Shown in pieces: positions 28,179 to 43,170 of a stretch of DNA of 64,000 bases. Every line of letters begins with the position of its first letter. The stretch's first letter is position 1. This DNA comes from Eledone cirrhosa. Taxonomy: Eukaryota. The notes beneath the pieces are model-generated. The model did no database searches. It was given only the letters and a program-made list of their open reading frames with translations, and had not been told where the DNA came from. The position numbers and the translations under genes were made by a program. Location: NCBI GenBank assembly GCA_964016885.1, contig OZ024741.1, positions 213,094,001 to 213,158,000 of the forward strand. The letters run 5' to 3'.

Positions 28179-28667
28179 TTATTTATATATATATATATTA
28201 ACATTTATAGATATATAGGGAGAGAGCGAGGGGTGATGGAACTTATCTGTGTACGTGTGTGTTTAACGAAAGAAGAAAAACCTGTCCAAGAACATGTGAA
28301 CATTTTCCAGTAAACACCAGAAAGATTCCTATAAGTATTTTCTTTTCTTTGTATATTTATAGAAATAACTAACACAGAATTGACATTCAATGATTCTGGG
28401 TTTATTTTTTCTGACGTAAAAAATAAAATAAAAATGGAGGAAAAGCCCCCAATAAAATAAAATAAAATAGAAAATAAATCTAAAAACAGTAAATAAAAAT
28501 TCCGAATAAAAACGTAGATTAAAACAAATCGATTAATCGAAAGTGACCTTTGGAAATTTGTTCTGTTTAAATGTTCTCTGACCTTTGCAGATATTGGAGT
28601 AATTTGTGTTTCAGAAGTTAATTTGAGGAAAACTAGACATAATGAGTGATAGATAGCTTGAGAGTTG

Positions 28668-29400
<733 letters not shown>

Positions 29401-30038
29401 AAAGAGAGAGAGACTAAAGAGAGTGAGCGAAAGAGAAGGAAACAAAATTTCCCATCCATCATGAAAAAGAGAAAATACGACAGCGGCATTTTGAAAATAT
29501 ATAATCACAATTTTAAATTATCAAATATAAATATTTGTAAGCAAAGTTTTACTTTTTATACACTGTTGCAATTTATAATGGAGCTGAAATATATATCACT
29601 ATCATAATAACTGGTCAGTCTATTTGGCTGTCTGCCATACGAACACAGTGTGGAAGATGTCCAAATAGAGAAGTTAGTGTAATAAATAAATCTATACCAC
29701 AACTCGTCACATGGGTTGTATGGTCCCCCAACTTTAGATATTCTTCACCGAATTACACTATACTATGTTACATGTAGGTGTGTGTGCGTGTGTGACAGCT
29801 CACGCCTATACAGGTTTAGCTGGCCTCCTCCAGGGTATATCTCGTTGGAGGTGTCTTGGGTGATTTAATGATAGGGACCCCAGTCCTATTATCTCAATTC
29901 TACAGCTCAGTAAACTGGAGCAACGTGAAATAAAGTGTCTTGCTCAAGGAAACAACACATCACACGGTCCGAGAATTGAACTCACAAACTTTCGATTGCA
30001 AGCCCGAAGCTCTAAGTCATGCGCCTTCACAATGTTAC

Positions 30039-30144
<106 letters not shown>

Positions 30145-30932
30145 AATATATAATTAGTATGCAGGGGAGAGGACTCGGCGAAGTACACAAGAGGGTTTGT
30201 TTACTTCGGAGTATATTTATAATCATGAAGTAAAAGTCAACATGGTATAATTCACTTCGTCAATTCATAATTGTTGTTACATATATTTCGGTGGTAACCG
30301 TTATGTAACATAACCTAATCAGACAGCGGATATTTGCTGTTGTTTAGGGAAAGCAATACCAAATATCATACCAGAACATATCAATGATCGAGCAAAATAA
30401 GTCTTCTTTGTTTCATCTGTTTTATTCTGTTCAACTTCTAGTCTGATAGAGAGGGAGAGAGAGGGGGGGGTTATAGGAATGTCGAAATTATATTTCAGAA
30501 AATAACAACAAAGATGTGATGAATTTATCTTAAAATATTGAAATAGCTGTCATATTTTTCTTAACAAAAATCTCATACATTACTTCGATTTACCGATTTC
30601 AAATACGAGCGTACTTAATCTGTATTGAGTGATATTTGAGAAGCTGTGGTGTTTATGCTTTTCTCAAGAACTTTTATTAGTTGCTGGCATGAATAAACAT
30701 TGAGTTTAGTCAGCAATTAGTCCCAGGGAATCTACACTATTCACTGATTCAAAATTATTCGGTATTTTATTTATTTTTATTGACAATTTGACAATTTCCT
30801 TCGTCATATTGACAATTACTTCGTCAATATTATGAAAATTCATTTCAGATTTACTATTTATTTGTTGGTGTGAAAATGTTCGTTGTACTCTCGGAGATCT
30901 TGTCATTGATATCGTTTTACTGTTGTGGGACT

Positions 30933-31120
30933 CTACCAGTGTCCAGTTCGAAAACGCTGCGACGAAAAGTATAGATATGTCAGTAAGAAGATCGCAATGA
31001 GTGATAAATACATAGTGAGTTGAAAACTTTTTGTATGGGTCTCAAGTTCTCGAAAACTTTGCGATGGGATCTGGAAACTGATCACTGATCTCACATCTCG
31101 ATCAAACGAATGACAACAAC
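30933..31120 (-). CDS. Putative terminal coding exon of a host gene encoding a C-terminal hydrophobic (TM or GPI-signal) segment
   Basis: Pyrimidine-rich acceptor TCTTCTTCTTGCG..ACTCTTGCTGTCTTAG (AG = 31122-31121), phase 1. It reads CCHSFDRDVRSVISFQIPSQSFRELETHTKSFQLTMYLSLIAIFLLTYLYFSSQRFRTGHW*, in unique sequence with several AATAAA downstream. Confidence 0.5.
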
Positions 31121-31169
31121 CTAAGACAGCAAGAGTCTCATACGCAAGAAGAAGATTTGTTATGTTCTT

Positions 31170-31790
31170 TCACTGGCTAAATGATACAATATCAGATTAA
31201 GCCAGTGCCAGCAAGTACAACTGTGGCCACAATGACTCCACAATGTAATTGCTTTATTTTCAACACACAGACTCACTTCAATTGAACTGACTGACATGTA
31301 CTAAGGCCAAAAGGACTTTTCGATGATGGAATTGTTGTAGTTTCAACACAGTCTTAAATCAAATCACTTGCCAGAGATGTACAATTCTGGTTTAAATGAT
31401 TCTTCCACGATGGAATAGTTTTAGTTTCAATACATTCTCAGATCAAGTCATTGAAAACTGTGGTTAAAATGATTCTTCCATTATGTAATTGTTTCGATTT
31501 CAGCACACAATCTCTCAGATCAAATCGCTTGCCAGATATGTACAACTGTGGCTAAAATGACTCTTCCATGCTGTAATTGCTTTAGTTTCAACACAATCTC
31601 AGGTCAAGTCACTTGTCAGACAGGCACAATTGTGGCTGAACTGATTCTTCCACGACATTATTACTTTAGTTTCAATATAGTCTCAGATCAAGTCACTTGC
31701 CAGACATTGAAAACTGTCTAAAATGATTCTTCTACGATGAAATTGCTTTAGTTTCAATACAAAGTCATTTGCTAAACAAGAACAACTCAG
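31170..31790. repeat. ~80 bp minisatellite, about 7 diverged copies
   Basis: Unit ACAACTGTGGCTAAAATGATTCTTCCACGATGGAATTGTTTTAGTTTCAACACAGTCTCAGATCAAGTCACTTGCCAGA. Confidence 0.85.
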
Positions 31791-32147
31791 AAAAGTAAGA
31801 ACTCAAATTCATAATGCATATTAGTTCCTCTTTCATTTTGCAATTGTTCATTTGATACGGTGAAGACATTTTCACAATTTATATTGCTGTGCTTCCATAT
31901 ATGCGATGTATGCATGTGTTTGTATATATGCATGCAGGCATGGGTGTACTTTTGTCTGCGTGCCTATATGTACGCCTTCATACGCGTGTGTTTTTATGGA
32001 CACACACGTACACACATCCACCCACACATACATATATTTATACACACGCATGCGCGCACACCTGCATATACATAAACATACAAATATATATATATATTTA
32101 AAAATATATATAAATATATATACATATATATACATATATATACACAT

Positions 32148-32237
<90 letters not shown>

Positions 32238-32251
32238 GTGTGTATGTATAT

Positions 32252-32283
<32 letters not shown>

Positions 32284-32306
32284 GAATATTTATATATATA
32301 TATTTA

Positions 32307-32359
<53 letters not shown>

Positions 32360-32819
32360 GTATACATATATATATATCACTGTTTTCGTAACGATAACAA
32401 GCCTGGTAATATATTCGTCCTTTACACTGCTTATTAAACACCGCCATGTTATTTCATCTCGAGGATAAATTATGCGGAACATTTGTGTGAAGAATTCGAG
32501 TAAAAGTTCCGCTTCTGTTTACTTTACATTTTTTTTATTACATAACAGAATTTTGTTAGATTTTAATGTTTAGGAACCGTTAAAATATTCATGGATCCCA
32601 ATTTACATATTGGTGAATTTATTATATCAGCTATAATATCAGAAGATATTTTACTACCTTCCTGCCTTCCTTCCTTTTGCCAGCGATGTTGCGTAGACAG
32701 AACGGATTTGGGGTGTGCGTTATTGCATATCTGCCTATGTGTGTCTGTGTATATATAATTCTATGTATGTATGTATGCATGGATGTGTGGTTGGATGGAC
32801 GTGTATATACATATGTATG

Positions 32820-32852
<33 letters not shown>

Positions 32853-32954
32853 ATGTGTGTGTGTGTGTGTGTGTGCGTGTGTGTACTGTGATTTACGATA
32901 TATACCCATCAGTTATGCGTATCTACACACGCATATCCATGTGTTTGACAGACA

Positions 32955-33037
<83 letters not shown>

Positions 33038-33049
33038 GTTTGTATTTGT

Positions 33050-33392
33050 AAAGCCAAATAAATGCAGGTATGGATATAGAATATAAATGCAAACGCAAAT
33101 GGTATTGTTGACAATTAGTCTTTTACCTTAAATTTATTTAAATATCCTTAATTTTCGAGATAATATCTCTTCTTCGGAGGAAAGTAAAGTGGTTAAACCG
33201 GCGTTCTAAATAGCTTGACTTGGCAAGCTATTTAGAACGCTGGGTTAACCACTTTACTTCCCTCCGAAGAAGAGATATTATCTTGAAAATTAAGGATATT
33301 TATATAAATTTAAGTTAAAAGACCAATTATCAACAATATCTTTTGCATTTGCATTTATATTCTATATCCATACCTGCATCGTTTTGGCTTTA
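33050..33392. mobile_element. ~340 bp fold-back element (6-nt loop at 33218-33223) with an ultra-minimal HHR in each arm (33145-33181 -, 33261-33295 +)
   Basis: ~168 bp inverted arms between (TA)n tracts. Motif TCCT-CCGAAGA-A-GAGAT-ATT-ATCTC-GAA-AATT-A-AGGA. Confidence 0.75.
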
Positions 33393-33423
33393 TTACACAA
33401 TGCTTCAAGTGAACTATAACTTC

Positions 33424-33497
<74 letters not shown>

Positions 33498-33608
33498 GAA
33501 GTTTTTTCCTAAATCTTTCGTTAACTACTTTTCCCATCTTGACGTTATAGTCGCATATATGTTATAGAATGCCGTTAGCTTCTTGCTAAAACAATCTCTA
33601 TACCTCTC

Positions 33609-33642
<34 letters not shown>

Positions 33643-34833
33643 AATTCAAAGGGATATATGTATATAATTAGACATAGTCACATATACATATATGAGTCTG
33701 GCTACTTTTCACGGTGTGACTCAATGAAGAATTAATTAAGCAAATAATCATTAATCAGAGCTATATATAAAAGTGCAAGTTTGAAGAGTTATTACAGAAA
33801 ATATATAAAGTAGTTCCTCTCCCTAGTCCGTAGAAATCATCCACATAAATAATAATTTAAACGATGCTATAAGCTCAAAATGTAACTATGAAGAAATAAT
33901 AGACAAATGATACAGACTATCTACCGCGAGGGACAGCCAGATAAAATTTACCTAGTCATTCCTTTTAGCCCGTAGAAAATATGCAGCAGAGCACTCGATA
34001 AGTCTGTGTCACTTAGAGTATTTAAAATACGTTAGATAGCGTTACAAATTAAAATCTGCGGCAGGCGAACCTAGCCACAAATACCAAAACAACGAAAATA
34101 CAATCAGGTTAGATAATAAACCTGGACCGCTTCGAACGGTAATGTGCAATACCTCCGATGGGTTTCTATGAAACCTAAATCAACAATCCTACTTGCGTAA
34201 TATGCAGGCTTGTGGTATTCGATGACCGAACTGTGGACTCACGTTATGAACAGGTTTCCGTTCTGTGCTCGAACCGGTGTGAAGTGTAGCAGTAAGCTAA
34301 TACGAATGGGAGCAGTCAATGTTTCACTATCACGTGCTTATTCCCCAAGAAAAGAAGTAATCCCCGTGTGAGCAAAGGAATTGATTCCATTCCACAAATA
34401 ATAATATATATATATCTGTGTGAGTGTTTGTGTGTGTGTATCGGTGTGATATGGTAAATCGTTTTCTGGTGTGACTTGGTGATGTCGCCTGAGAAAATAT
34501 GTATTTCACGTCTATATTCTATATAAGGTTTTAAACATAGAGCCCCCGTCAACTACTTAACACAATTTATTCTGGGTTTATATATTCGGATTTCAAATCC
34601 CACAGAGGTTACCTTTGTGTTTCATCCTTCAGAAGTCGATAATATAAATACCAATCAAGTATTGGGGTCGTTGTAATCGATTTTCCCTTTCTCCGTGATT
34701 TTAAACATTTCTCTGTATATATAGGCGTTAGATGATTTTTTGAAATATACCAGGCTGAAACCGGAAAGGATTCGGTAACGCACACTCTCATATACGCATA
34801 CACACATTTAAGAGGCATCTATGGAAGACAAAG

Positions 34834-34920
<87 letters not shown>

Positions 34921-35116
34921 AAAATATTTTACCCCGACAGCAGAGCTCAAGCCGTTTTGACGGCTATTTCTGGACTCTGGGTCCAGAAATAGGCGTCGAA
35001 ACGGCTTGGGCCCTGCCGTCGGGGTCAAACTTGTCCTATTACCCACTCAACTACCCTAAGTATTGAGTATTCTGGTGCGTTATGGTCCATCTTGTTCCTC
35101 ACCACACCTCCATCGT

Positions 35117-35403
<287 letters not shown>

Positions 35404-35438
35404 GCTCTGTTCTGTACCCACACACACAGACACATAGT

Positions 35439-35513
<75 letters not shown>

Positions 35514-35559
35514 ATAAGAATATTCATATTTATATATGTTTAATACAATTATAAATATG

Positions 35560-37130
35560 GAGGGTAGTACTATGTACTACCCGGTTACCGGTATGACAAT
35601 AGGCTCAATGCAGATTTAAAGTGTTTTACAGAGCCGAGATCCAAATATGGGTGGTTGACGATTTAGGTTTAAATTTAATTTCATCTCTATGGCCGGAACA
35701 AGCTCAGGCTTCATTATAGTATTGGGAGTTACGGTTAAACATATTCTCGTTGTAAGAAAGACTAGAGATTCTATTAGATACCCCTTTAATGATTTTTCAT
35801 TAGGTTTATGTAAGGTGTATATTTTTTAGAGTCTAAGTAGAGTCTAAGTAGAGAGCAACGTCCAGGAAGTTAATATTTTGGGTGTTTTTATCTAAAGTGA
35901 TACCTAAGTTGTAGTTTTTAAATATTTTATGTAATTGTTTTCTAGATCTTTCTCTATTACATTTTTTAAAGTCGAAGAGGAAAAGTGCGTTGTCTCGATA
36001 GAGACCATCGTTATGGTAGGTTCTTATGTATTTCGTTTAAGAGAAATAGACCAACTAAGTCAGTTACCTGTGCCATGGTTATATCAAAGTTGTTGGGTAT
36101 ATTCTTGCGGGTTCATAGTTGGTCTTCAAATTTAATTATTGTTTCCCTGGCCTTATATCTACCTGGGATCTAGTGAGTTCACTATTATTCATGGCCATTA
36201 TTAATGGATTGGCAGTATCGGTAGAGGGTCAGACGCCATGCTTTCCAGCATAGTTACGTCCCTTTAAGATCTGAGTTCAAATCCCGCTGAGGTTGACTTT
36301 GCCTTTCATCCTTACGGGGGTCGATAAAATAAAGTACCATTAATGCACTGGGTAATTGCTGGCCTAAAGTAGAAACAATTATTAATGCTTTATTTAAGAG
36401 GATATGGGAAATAGAGGTGTAGTAGGAGTTTATTATTTTCATTAATACCATTAAACCATTCGTTTACTTCACTAGTGTTTTCCCAGAAGTTAAAATGGAT
36501 TTTTTGTTTAATTTGGGGGATTATTTTATCTAAAATCTTTTTACTAATAATACCAATGTCGGATATGGATGGGCAAATAAGTCTAATTGGGGGGTTAGTA
36601 TTGAAGTCATCCTTATGGTCTTTCAGAGAGAATCGTGGGGGATTAGGGGTGTAAGGTTGAGTATATCTCTCTAGTCCTAATTTACATATTAAACTACGGG
36701 CTTCAATATTTATGTCATCCAGGTTTTTATGAGATGTTTTTTGTAGTTCCTATAAAGTTCTTTATATATAAATTCTCTATATGTATCGTAATCTAGGCTA
36801 TATATGTTTTTAGTTTTATCAGCTAGTACTAAGATATTCCTATTTTTATTAAAGTTTGTATGGTGGAATTTAGGTTATTTAGGAAGTTCTTCTTATTGTA
36901 GTATTTCCTGTACTAATTTTTTTAACAAGTGACACAAGGTCTTTTTCAAATGAGTCCGGTAAGATATTGTGTGGAGGGCTTTTATATGTTTTGAAGCCGT
37001 ATGTTTCAAACGAAGCTGCATCTTGTTCTTTCACAGCGCGGTTCCTATCGTAGTCGAAAGCCCTCCATCTAACTCTTTTAATATAAGAGTTTAATCAGTA
37101 GTTTTTCATATATATCTTTAGATGGGATAG
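35560..37130 (-). mobile_element. Decayed Naiad-like PLE, N-terminal and RT region, split by a SINE
   Basis: VRWRAF..ETYGFK..LVLADKTKNIY..FSLKDHKDDFNTNPPIRLICP..ISKKILDKI..FDITM..DLVGLFLL..GLYRDN..INFLDV, with multiple frameshifts and deletions. Confidence 0.85.
36207..36377 (+). mobile_element. OK-like SINE inserted in the PLE with a 10-bp TSD
   Basis: ATTATTAATG occurs at 36197-36206 and 36378-36387. Confidence 0.85.
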
Positions 37131-37883
37131 GTATGTTCTTTAAAGACAAAGGAAGATAATTTTTAATCAAAAATCGGTGGAATTTACATTTAACAAACAA
37201 ACACCTATTGACTATAAACGACTCAAAATAATCCCATGGTTAATAGGTGTGAGTAACAAACAACACATACACATACATACGAACTAAAACACAAAAACAC
37301 CTGAATGAAAATCACCTATCCACCTCTATCACGTGCTTTGCATTACACATCACATAACAAATACCTACATCATCACCGCATGCCTCTCAAACAAATTGCA
37401 CACTACCTTTAACATTTATAACAATTATAACATGCTTTAACACCCCACACAAAATATGTTTATTTCAACTGTATTATAACTCTTTCCTCACACATGCCTT
37501 ATAGACTGTATTGACTCCTGCATTGTACACCCATAACATTAACTGTTCTCCAATGTTAAGATATCTTATATCTTATATCTTATGTCTATCCTATCCCACA
37601 TTTTTTTCTTGCCTATAACTTTTTTGCCTGTACTTTTTGCTTATATCTCTTACACTTTCAACCAGTGCTGCCTGTAATTGTGTTCTCTCAAGCATAACAC
37701 CTTGTTAACTCCAGACTCTCCACATGATGTCTATGACACTAACAACAATTATGTACCCTAAATGTTCTTAATGACTAGGATTTTAGTCACATATTCCGAC
37801 ATTCCCTATGCTTTCAAACTTCCCTCTGGAAGAAAAATTTGTCAGCAAATAAATGTTCTAAACAAAATTTTGGTCATTTTAAC

Positions 37884-38010
<127 letters not shown>

Positions 38011-39024
38011 AAGATGAAAATAATAGACAACGTGGAATGGCAGTCTGTTAGTTTGAGCGTACGTTGAGGGGGTTATAGTAGATTCAATCAACGGAATATA
38101 CTGTTCGTGAATTTAGTGTGTAAGAGTCTGAGCATTCGACAGGCATGTGTACTGTTAACTTAGCTCTCGGGAGAAATTCAGGCTAACAAAAGGTGTGACA
38201 ATGTCGAACCTTTGAAACACAAACGCAACTCATTCGAACTTTGCCTTTCATCCTTACGGGGTCGATAAAATGAAGTACCAGTAATGTACTGGATAATTGC
38301 TGGCCTTGTGCCAAAAGTAGAAACAATTATTTCTCCGTTCAGTCTTCTGGAGCGACGTGAAGTAAAATGTCTCGCTCAAGGATAAAATGTACGTCAATTG
38401 CGAGAATCAGCCAAACCCCTTCATTGGATTATATTATAAGAACCCTTTTGTTGTCGTTTATCCAGGTTTTAGCAACTGTTAACTGACACTCCCCTCAAAC
38501 TAAGACAAATTCATTCACTTACCGACACTTATGTTAAACAGGGAAAAATATTGAGAAGTATCAGTAAAATGGAGAAGAGAGGGAAATGTGTAGGAAAGAA
38601 TGTGTGGAGGAATGGGTAAAGATATATAGAGGAGTCAAAGAGGGGAGAGGCACAGAAATTCCCATTAAAAAAATGTATGAAAAATTGGATTTTACAATTT
38701 AATGTAATGAAGAATTGAAATATTATTAAATATCAGTCTGATAACATAGCTAAAGTTTAACACTAATGAACGGGAAATATTAAATTTAACATCACCCAAT
38801 CAGAGACAAGGTATATAATGAGACATTCCCACGTCTGTAATGTACACACACACACACACATGTATATATATATATATATATATATACACGCACATGTACG
38901 TGTGTATGTATGTGTAACCAAATATGTATTTCGAAAGATGCGTTCACGTATACACACAGACACACATATGTATATATGTATGCGTATATATATGTATATA
39001 AATATATATATGTATGTATATATA

Positions 39025-39088
<64 letters not shown>

Positions 39089-39136
39089 TATATAATTGTA
39101 TGTATATATATATGCATATATATATATATATGTATA

Positions 39137-39201
<65 letters not shown>

Positions 39202-39564
39202 GCGTGTGTGTCTGAGGATGCAGGTATGTATATCACATAGTTAGATAGATAAATATATAACGTGTAAGTGTATATGTAATGTATACGAGAGAAACAGAGA
39301 GAGATGCAAAAAAAGTGTCATAGATACTCATAGATAGAGACAGAGCGATGCAACAGAAAAGTTTTGTGAGAAAAAACTATTCGGAGAAAAGAAAAAAAGA
39401 AAGAATTTCCCTAGGTTAAAATAAATACTTAATTAAATAAAGCACGTACAAAAAAATAATTATCATATCAAAATTGGTATCTGAAATTGAAATAGTGAAA
39501 TATCACATTACGATAATATAGTTAACATTCTATCTCTGCTGGTGAGATGTTAAAATTCTGTATT

Positions 39565-39655
39565 AGCCAATCAGAGAATTGTTACGTAATGACTCATTAC
39601 TATTGCACTTTAACCTTAATTTAAGATAAAAAATAATAAAAACATGGCCGCCATC
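39565..39655. promoter_or_regulatory. Candidate enhancer/promoter: NF-Y, PAR-bZIP, AP-1 and YY1 motif cluster
   Basis: AGCCAATCAG at 39565-39574, GTTACGTAAT at 39581-39590 overlapping ATGACTCAT at 39589-39597, and AACATGGCCGCCATC at 39641-39655, all in unique sequence. Confidence 0.45.
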
Positions 39656-39862
39656 GCTTTTATTATCGTTACAACTGCTACCATTCCCCCTTGGTTCGTG
39701 TTAACACTTATGACGAAAGAGATATTGTAGATGTGTCATGAAATTTCTTTAAATGGAAACAAGCTTCTAAAACACGTGATAACACAAAGTATATCTAACG
39801 ATAAGCGTGTGTATCTGTAACATGCATGCAGGTGTGTGTGTGCGTATATGTGTGTGTGTATG

Positions 39863-39895
<33 letters not shown>

Positions 39896-40174
39896 ATATA
39901 TATATTAGACACAAAAACAAGATGGCGTAGGACAGAACAAAGGAGAGGCACAAAACAAAGAAAAGAATCCCCAGTCACTGAAGAGGTCACAGAATGTGTG
40001 ACGAAAGAACTTTGACAATATATAAACAACCGTCCGGTTGTGGAATCAACCAACCATCCGGAAATTTATTATTTTTTTTTTTTAATTTATAATTTAATTT
40101 ATAATAAATTAGAGTGAAACACTGGTGCGTGTGTTTCTTATTGGCAACATGACCCTCCCAAAGTATAACAATAT

Positions 40175-40220
<46 letters not shown>

Positions 40221-40366
40221 CTTTAGGTTTGTTGGTTCACCACTGGATAGAACTGGTCATTCCGTATGGTCAATCCTGGTGTAATATTGTGAAGAGTACT
40301 CAACGCAGTGCAGTTCACCCATCTTCGTTTGTGTAGTTGGTGGCTGCGAATACGGAGTTAATTATA

Positions 40367-41831
40367 AATGAAATAAAATAACAGGAGGCTGGACTGGTGT
40401 AAATCCTTGAAAGGTTTATTATACCATGATCATTTCAATGACCGGGTTCCATATGAATCCGGTGATATCATCATGTATTGGAATATAACAAAGGAATATG
40501 TAAAAAACCATGGGTCCGAAAAATCAGAGACAGAGACAAAGAGGACGACTGACCAACCAGCTTGTCGGCCAGTCGCCCTCAAATTGTTGGCAACTGAAGC
40601 TACTAATGAATATCTGGTGAGGGGGCAAAGGCTTATAATGCACTACCACCACTCCGTCAAAGAAGAAGGGGAAGAAAGAAAGAAAGAAAGGGAGAAAGCA
40701 GTGTAGTGTAAGGGTCATACTACATTCATGCTAGAAAATGCCGCGAAAAAATGCTACCCCAAAGAATCTATAATGTGTGTCTGTATGGTCTAATGTGTGA
40801 ACCGAAGATTGGAACGTTAAACTTATGTTGCGAGTTATAGGATGAAATTAAATTAAATTAAAAATATTACATTGCAAAATGATAAATTGAAAAATAAGTT
40901 ATTAGAGAATAAAAGGTTAAGGTAGCGAGATTTATTTATTTAATGAACTTACGGAGAGAGTCTTATATGAAAAAATTAATCTCGATAAGATATTAGGATG
41001 GGATATAGAGTAAAGATTTCGATTAGGAGAGCCAGCCAGCACACCCACCACCATGAGTCAACCAGTCTCGAGTGGTATCGTCCAGCGAAAGAAATGGAAA
41101 CTTATTTTTCCGAGTACTCTAGGCTCCGGGAGCGCTAGCGGTAACTCCACAATTTCGACAGGCCATCGTCTATACCAAACGAATACTATTAAATCTCACA
41201 TGAGGGGTTTATTTACGTGCCAGTAGAGGCATGATACAGCTAATAGTTATGCCTAAACCTGGAGTTTGTAGGTACAAGTATAATGTGGCGGCCAAAACAG
41301 GCGGCGCGGTGGGACCGGGGCAAAGCAATCCGCTCCGAGTAATTTCGTTTACCGAGCACTCAAGGAAGACTGAACTTTCCGAGTGCCCAGCGCGCAGCCG
41401 GGAAAAAACCACCACACAAGTCGAATGTAGCAACCCAATGAAAAGTGCAAATAGACCAAAATTATTTCAAAGTCCCAGTTAGTCCGGGTTATGAGTAATG
41501 TGGTTCTTGGGTGGGTAGGGGGCTATGAAAGGTGCATAATGACCTGAGTGAGGAAAAGTTACAAAAAATAATTGTTTCTACTTTAGGCACAAGGCCAGCA
41601 ATTAACCAGTGCATTACTGGTATTTTATTTTATCGACCCCGTAAGGATGAAAGGCAAAAATAATAAAAGCAGTATACAAAGATAAAATACCAATATAAAG
41701 ATAGAATACATTGATAAAAATACATTAATAAAATAATAAAAAATAATAAAATAATAAAATAATAAAAAAATATACATTAATGAAATAATAAAAAAATTAA
41801 TCAGTATCTGAGTGTATGTGTGTGTGTGTGT

Positions 41832-41868
<37 letters not shown>

Positions 41869-42121
41869 TCTGTCTGTGTGTATGCAAAACAGCCAAAGAG
41901 ATATCTGTGACATGTTCACAGAACAAAACATTGTGTGTAGCTAGAGTTATAAATCTAATGTAATTGATTTTTCGGACCCATCGTTTTTTACATATTCCTT
42001 TGTTATATTCCAATACCTGATGATATCACCGGATTCATATGGAACCCGGTCATTGAAATGTTCATAGTATAATAAACCTTTCAAGGATTTACACCAGTCA
42101 GGCCTCCTGTTATTTTATTTC

Positions 42122-42124
<3 letters not shown>
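40367..42124. mobile_element. Non-autonomous PLE-like unit bounded by ~160 bp inverted repeats carrying an HHR
   Basis: Arms at 40367-40526 and 41965-42124, with an internal OK-like SINE fragment at 41569-41657. It ends at (TA)n. Confidence 0.7.
42013..42070 (+). ncRNA. Type I hammerhead ribozyme; a mutated copy lies at 40421-40478 (-)
   Basis: Stem I ATAC/GTAT, core CTGATGA, stem II ACCGG../..CCGGT, GAA + ATG(A/T)TCAT palindrome, AUA site. Confidence 0.65.
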
Positions 42125-42203
<79 letters not shown>

Positions 42204-42257
42204 TATTTATATATATATATATATATATATATAATGTATAAAAATCAATACAATATA

Positions 42258-42335
42258 ATTACCTCATTACCAGAGGTTTCCCGAATGAGGCGAATACGAA
42301 AGAAACGTCTTCATTCGTTCGTCAGACGAGGCAAT
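42258..42335 (-). ncRNA. Type I hammerhead ribozyme at the 3' end of the Naiad-like element
   Basis: 10-bp stem I ATTGCCTCGT/ATGAGGTAAT, core CTGACGA, stem II CGAATGA/TCATTCG, GAA-ACC-TCT-GGT-A (GUA site). Confidence 0.85.
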
Positions 42336-42889
42336 ATAAAACATGGGTAAATACTTAGAAAAACTCATCAAGAAAATCAAAAAAAGATATAGACAAATGA
42401 ATTAGAAATTGAAATATATAAAAAACTATCAAGAAATATAGTTAGGTGTGTGTATATGTATGTATATACGCTCACAGATGTGCATATATGTGTATGCACA
42501 TATGTATACGTATAGTGAAAAAGTGTGTGTAAATCTAAAATTTAGGGCAAATGTATCTGTATGTCTGTAATCTACAGACAGAATAGTTACATCATAAGTA
42601 TATGAATATGAAGGCGCGCGCATAAACACACCTACACACACATACACATAGATGCGGAAGTAAAAGAGGTAAGGGAGTGTAATAATTAAAGGAAAGTATC
42701 ATTCTCGATATATTTATAAAAATGTAACAATAAATTAGAAAGAAAAAATTTTAGAAAGAAAAAAATTAAAGAAAAGAAGACAAAAAAAGGGTACATACAT
42801 ACACAGACACGCATGTCTCACAAAAGAAACGCAAAAATATACATGCTTATATACACACGCGCACTTACACATCCATACGTTCGATACGT

Positions 42890-42920
<31 letters not shown>

Positions 42921-43099
42921 TACTTACACTCACGCATTTTGACCTGTTTGCATGCACACGCATAAAAATGAGTAAGTAAAAAAAAGGGGGGGGGTAGAAG
43001 AAAAAAGGAACAAAACATAAAACCGAGATGTCAAAAACACAGATATAAAGACACATACACATACGCATAATATATACATACAAACACACACATACATAT

Positions 43100-43170
<71 letters not shown>

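Noticed and set aside
30272-30328. Degenerate HHR-like motifs here (CTGATTA..GAAATATATGTA, minus) and at ~7290-7345, ~7794-7822, ~53443-53475 and ~55305-55410
   Set aside because: Core nucleotides are mutated without compensation or stems are missing. They are probably dead relics and are not called as ribozymes.
30706-30906. 66-aa minus-strand ORF from the track
   Set aside because: It has no recognisable motif and lies just downstream of the stop of the better-supported spliced frame, so it is more likely 3' UTR.
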